Below, piece after piece: positions 59,794 through 64,000 of a DNA stretch of 64,000 nucleotides. The stretch covers positions 554,652,001-554,716,000 of the forward strand of contig NW_027362765.1 in the NCBI RefSeq assembly GCF_046119375.1, written 5' to 3'. A model generated the notes under the pieces. That model was given only the letters and a program-made list of their open reading frames with translations. It was not told the DNA's origin and did not search any database. Position 1 is the first letter of the stretch, and each line of letters starts with the position of its first letter. The position numbers were made by a program, and so were the translations under genes. Origin of the DNA: Phyllobates terribilis. Its lineage: Eukaryota.

Positions 59794-60450
59794 AAGTTCC
59801 TCCGTCCTTATTTTTGTCAGCTTTTGCTTGGAAGGCATAAGCAAAGACTGTGGGAGACCCACTCCCCAATAATGGGAATAATATTTTTAAGATGCTGTAC
59901 TGTATGGCTCTTGTAAGGGGCATTGCAAGTTCCTCCATCCTAATTTTTGGCAGCTTTTGCTTGGAAGGTATAAGCAAAGACTATGGGAGACCCACTCCCC
60001 AATCATGGGAATAATGTTTGTAATATGCTGTACTGCATGGCTCTTGTAAGGGGCATTTCAAGTTCCTCCGTCCTAATTTTTGGCAGCTTTTGCTTGGAAG
60101 CCATAAGCAAATACTATGGGAGACCCACTCCCCAATCATGGGAATATTGTTTGTAATATGCTATACTGCATGGCTCTTGTAAGGGGCATTGCAAGTTCCT
60201 CCGTCCTAATTTTTGGCAGCTTTTGCTTGGAAGGCATAAGCAAAGACTATGGGAGACCCACTCCCCAATAATGGGAATGTTTGTAATATGCTGTACTGCA
60301 TGGCTCTTGTAAGGGGCATTGCAAGTTCCTCCGTCCTAATTTTTGGCAGCTTTTGCTTGGAAGGCATAAGCAAATACTATGGGAGACACACTCCCCAATA
60401 ATGGGAATAATGTTTTTAAGATGCTGTACTGTATGGCTCTTTTAAGGGGC
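59794..60450 (+). repeat. ~132-bp tandem repeat x5
   Basis: AAGTTCCTCC unit starts at about 59794, 59927, 60060, 60193 and 60323. Confidence 0.92.
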
Positions 60451-61660
60451 ATTAAAAGCGTCTTGTTAAGCTACTGCGACCTCCACCACTTTTCCTAGGG
60501 GCATTAAAAGCGTCTTGTTAAGCTACTGCGACCTCCACCACTTTTCCGAGGGGCATTAAAAGCATCTTGTTAAGCTACTGGGACCTCCACGTCTCTTCTG
60601 AGGGGCATTAAAAGCGTCTTGTTAAGCTACTGCGACCTCCACCACTTTTCTGAGGGGCATTAAAAGTGTCTTGTTAAGCTACTGTGACCTCCACCACTTT
60701 TCCAAGGGGCATTAAAAGCGTCTTGTTAAGCTACTGCGACCTCCACCACTTTTCCGAGGGGCATTAAAAGCATCTTGTTAAGCTACTGGGACCTCCACGT
60801 CTCTTCTGAGGGGCATTAAAAGCGTCTTGTTAAGCTACTGGGACCTCCACCACTTTTCCGAGGGGCATTAAAAGCGTCTTGTTAAGCTACTGGGACCTCC
60901 ATGTCTCTTCTTAGTGGCATTAAAAGCGTCTTGTAAGCTACTGGGACCTCCACCACTCTTCCGAGGTGCATTAAAAGCGTCTTGTTAAGCTACTGGGGCC
61001 TCCACGTCTCTTCTGAGGGGCATTAAAAGCATCTTGTTAAACTACTGCGACCTCCACCACTTTTCCGAGGGGCATTAAAAGCGTATTGTTAAGCTACTGG
61101 GACCTCCACCACTTTTCCTCGGGGCATTAAAAGCATCTTGTTAAGCTAGTGTGACCTCCACCACTTTTCAGAGGGGCATTAAAAGCGTCTTGTTAAGCTA
61201 TTGGGACCTCCACGTCTCTTCTGAGGGGCATTAAAAGCGTCTTGTTAAGCTACTGCGACCTCCACCACTTTTCTGTAAGGCATTAAAAGCGTCTTATTAA
61301 GCTACTGTGACCTCCACCACTTTTCCGAGAGGCATTAAAAGTGTCTTGTTAAGCTACTGGGACCTCCACGTCTCTTCTGAAGTTCATTAAAAGCGTCTTG
61401 TTAAGCTACTGCGACCTCCACCACTTTTCCGAGGGGCATTAAAAGCGTCTTGTTATGCTACTGGGACCTCCACCACTTTTCCGAGGGGCATTAAAACCAT
61501 CTTGTTAAGCTACTGGGACCTCCACGTCTTTTCCGAGGGGCATTAAAACCGTCTTGTTAAGCTACTGTGACCTCCACGTCTCTTCAAAGGGGCATTAAAA
61601 GCATCTTCTTAAGCCACTCTGAACTCCACAGCTCTTCCAAGGGGCATTGAAATGTTGTTT
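60446..61660 (+). repeat. 52-bp tandem repeat, about 23 copies, two sequence variants
   Basis: GGGGCATTAAAAGCGTCTTGTTAAGCTACTG(C/G)GACCTCCAC(CACTTTTCC/GTCTCTTCT)GA. Confidence 0.93.
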
Positions 61661-62069
61661 TTAATTACCTCTAACCTCCATGACTCTTCCAACGGGCATT
61701 GCATTTCCTCCTAATTTTTGTCAGCTTTTGCTTTTCGATGAAAAGGCGAAAACTAAGCGAGACCCACTCCCCAATAATGGGTAGAAGGTTTTTAGTACGC
61801 TGTAATCCACGTCTGTTTCAAGGGCATTGCAGTTCCTCATAATTTTTGGAAAGCCTTCCATTCACTGCTTAGGCCAACAGTGTACAGGAGACCCAGTTGC
61901 TTTAAATGGAAAAAACGGTTTAGTTAAGGCCCTCTGACCTCCATGTCATTTCCAAGGGGCATTGAAGTGCCTCAAAATTTTTGGTAGGCATTGCACTCAC
62001 TGTATGCCCTATAACTGTGCAGCCGAACCGCTCATTTTGTTACAGAAACATATCCTACAAGACATATGT

Positions 62070-62283
62070 GGTTGACTGGCCTGATATTGATGAGAATGTT
62101 CCCTGTTCCTCCTGCTCTTTCTCCTTTGCCACTACCTCATCCATCATTTATCACCTGAAGCTTTGTTTTAACGGGAGTCATAGAACTGGGATAGTAGCAG
62201 GAAAACATCCAGCAATCCTCGGAGGAGGTAGGATATGCGCCAAAACGCTGACCACCTCAGGCCTAGCCACTACTACATACATG
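62070..62283 (-). pseudogene. Inverted relic of a second, diverged hAT transposase
   Basis: Minus strand VVVARPEVVSVLAHILPPPRIAG aligns without gaps to this element's own IVEAGTQSDLGTEHILPTPRIAG (about 57800-57870), with mostly synonymous codon differences in the conserved block. A weaker acidic match follows. Confidence 0.7.
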
Positions 62284-62310
62284 CGCTTGCATTCCAAGAA
62301 AACAAAGCAG

Positions 62311-62610
62311 ATGCTAACTTCTATCATCATCATGATCATGGTCCTCACCTTGGCACTCTCAACTCCCCTTATGGAGAAGCCAGGGCCCACCGGAGGAGTC
62401 TGGTTCTCTGGTGGGCTAGTCCAATGCTGCCGTAAAGCAGGCCGGGCTAAGAAAAGTGTGTGGGGGGATGTTCCAAGGAGAAATAGGGGCAGCTGGGGAC
62501 CGTTTATGGACACCCGACCGCCCCCTGGCGGCTGGGGACCGAGTGTGGACACGCGGCAGCTGGGCGGCTGGGGACTGAGTATGGATTCCAGGCCGCCAAC
62601 GCAGCCATGA
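62311..62610 (+). CDS. Putative secreted repeat-peptide precursor, copy 1 (99 aa)
   Basis: Signal-peptide-like MLTSIIIMIMVLTLALS, CC, KK and RRNR basic sites, three G(G/S)WG(P/L)x(M/V)D(T/S)R repeats. No expression evidence available. Confidence 0.4.
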   Translation: MLTSIIIMIMVLTLALSTPLMEKPGPTGGVWFSGGLVQCCRKAGRAKKSVWGDVPRRNRGSWGPFMDTRPPPGGWGPSVDTRQLGGWGLSMDSRPPTQP

Positions 62611-62750
62611 CCTGGTGGCCAGATTCCGCCTCCACATGCCTAAAAGGCCCAATTTCAAGTGCAAGCAAGCAAGCAGTATGGTATTGCAGCCTGGGGATGG
62701 GTGGGTGGCAGGCTGCACACTTACGCTTGCATTCCAAGAAAACAAAGCAG

Positions 62751-63047
62751 ATGCTAACTTGTATCATCATCATCATGCTCCTCACCTTGGCACTCTCAAC
62801 TCCCCTGATGGAGAAGCCAGGGTCCACCGGAGGAGTCTGGTTCTCTGGTGGGCTCGTCCAATGCTGCCCTAAAGCAGGCCGGGCTAAGAAAAGTGTGTGG
62901 GGGGATGTTCCAAGGAGAAATAGGGGCGGCTGGGGACCGTTTATGGACACCCGGCTGCCCCCAGGCGGCTGGGGACCGTGTGGGGACACGCGGCCGCTGG
63001 GCGGCTGGGGACTGAGTATGGATACCAGACCACCAACGCAGCCATGA
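62751..63047 (+). CDS. Putative secreted repeat-peptide precursor, copy 2 (98 aa)
   Basis: Tandem duplicate of copy 1 with the frame preserved; the only indel is 3 nt. Confidence 0.4.
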   Translation: MLTCIIIIMLLTLALSTPLMEKPGSTGGVWFSGGLVQCCPKAGRAKKSVWGDVPRRNRGGWGPFMDTRLPPGGWGPCGDTRPLGGWGLSMDTRPPTQP

Positions 63048-64000
63048 CCTGGTGGCCAGATTCCGCCTCCACATGCCTAAAAGGCCCAATTTCAAGTGCA
63101 AGCAGTATGGTATTGCAGCCTGGGGTGGGTGGGTGGTTGACTGCATATTTGCGCTTGCATTGCAAGGAATGGGGGAGGTACAATTGAACACTGCCCTGGG
63201 ACAAGAACTTGCACGGGGATAGTTGCAAGTCTGCATCTTCTGATGCGGCAAGGATGACTTCTGATGGGCACACTTTTAGGCAGTGACCTGGGTGTCAGAG
63301 ATGCTTCCAGGGGTCTTCCCCATGCTGTTCCCATGTCTTTTCAGTACTGTATGCAGGTGTCACACAGCACATGGCCAGATAAGGTTGTGGAATGTTAAAA
63401 TGACATTTCACGGTGAATGCATTTGTCACGGTTGAAAGCAATACAAAAGTGCAAAAACGCATAAAAAATGCTACTTGTGAACATAGCCCAAGGCGTGGAG
63501 GGGTATTTTTTTGGGGGTTATTTATTTTACCTTATACACAAGTCTTTACCCTGGAAAGGAACTTCCTTAACATATTTGACAGGAAAGCAGTTTCAGTTTA
63601 GTTTTTGAACGTTTTATTGTGAGCCCTTAAAAGTGGCTTAATACCTCTGACCACGTTGTTGACAGCCGTGACCTGGGGGTCAGAAATGCTTCCTGGGGCG
63701 ATCCCCATGCTGTCCCCATGTCATTTGAGCACTGTCACTATCGTTTTGGGCACTTGTTAGGCTTTTAAAAGACTGCCGGAGGTGCCGCCGCAAAAATGCT
63801 CGGGTCTCCCATAGACTAACATTGGGCTCGTTGCTCAGGTCGAGCACCCGAGTATCACGGCGAGCTCGGCCCGAGCTTTCGAGCACCCGAGCATTTTAGT
63901 GCTTGCTCAACACTAGTTAAAACATATTTTTTTCTAATTTTTTTTTATTTTTCATATCACAATTTGTATTAAAGAGTCCTCTGGTGAACTTTATTTTTCC

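Larger units (their letters stand above)
48774..63915 (+). mobile_element. Giant (15,142-bp) hAT DNA transposon
   Basis: TIRs TAGTGTTGAGCGAGCA / TGCTTGCTCAACACTA. Exact 8-bp TSD GTTAAAAC at 48766-48773 and 63916-63923. Internal hAT transposase relic. Confidence 0.95.

Noticed and set aside
60446-61660. CRISPR-like array (constant part plus variable part)
   Set aside because: Eukaryotic context, and the variable part has only two recurring variants rather than unique spacers.
61981-62310. Extension of the cargo ORF to 209 aa from a TTG start
   Set aside because: The upstream part is the antisense of the transposase relic and is not duplicated in copy 2; only the ATG at 62311/62751 is shared.

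Overview
Vertebrate genomic DNA, most likely from a frog (inferred from T2/Kolobok-type TTAA MITEs, TAGTGTTGAGC-ended hATs, fish/amphibian-type Tc1 and Penelope-type repeats). Most of the window is transposon-derived. One host gene can be assembled by hand on the + strand: a five-coding-exon, 119-aa TGF-alpha-like EGFR ligand (15603-36235). In it the signal peptide appears to run straight into the EGF module, with no N-terminal pro-region. Around it lie: (i) a 6.07-kb non-coding hAT element built from nested palindromes (8-bp TSD); (ii) an intact Tf1/sushi-type chromovirus with apparently identical 629-bp LTRs, a single 1403-aa gag-pol ORF and a self-priming PBS; (iii) solo LTRs, a decayed Gypsy, three Tc1 elements and Penelope-type remnants with hammerhead-ribozyme cores; (iv) two non-autonomous piggyBac-type elements, one carrying an alternating-inverted repeat array; (v) a 15.1-kb hAT (8-bp TSD). 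That hAT holds a 6.8-kb higher-order satellite, a ZBED-type transposase pseudogene, two further tandem arrays, an inverted relic of a second transposase, and two tandem ORFs that look like secreted repeat-peptide precursors. All coordinates and comparisons were read by eye; no database searches were run.
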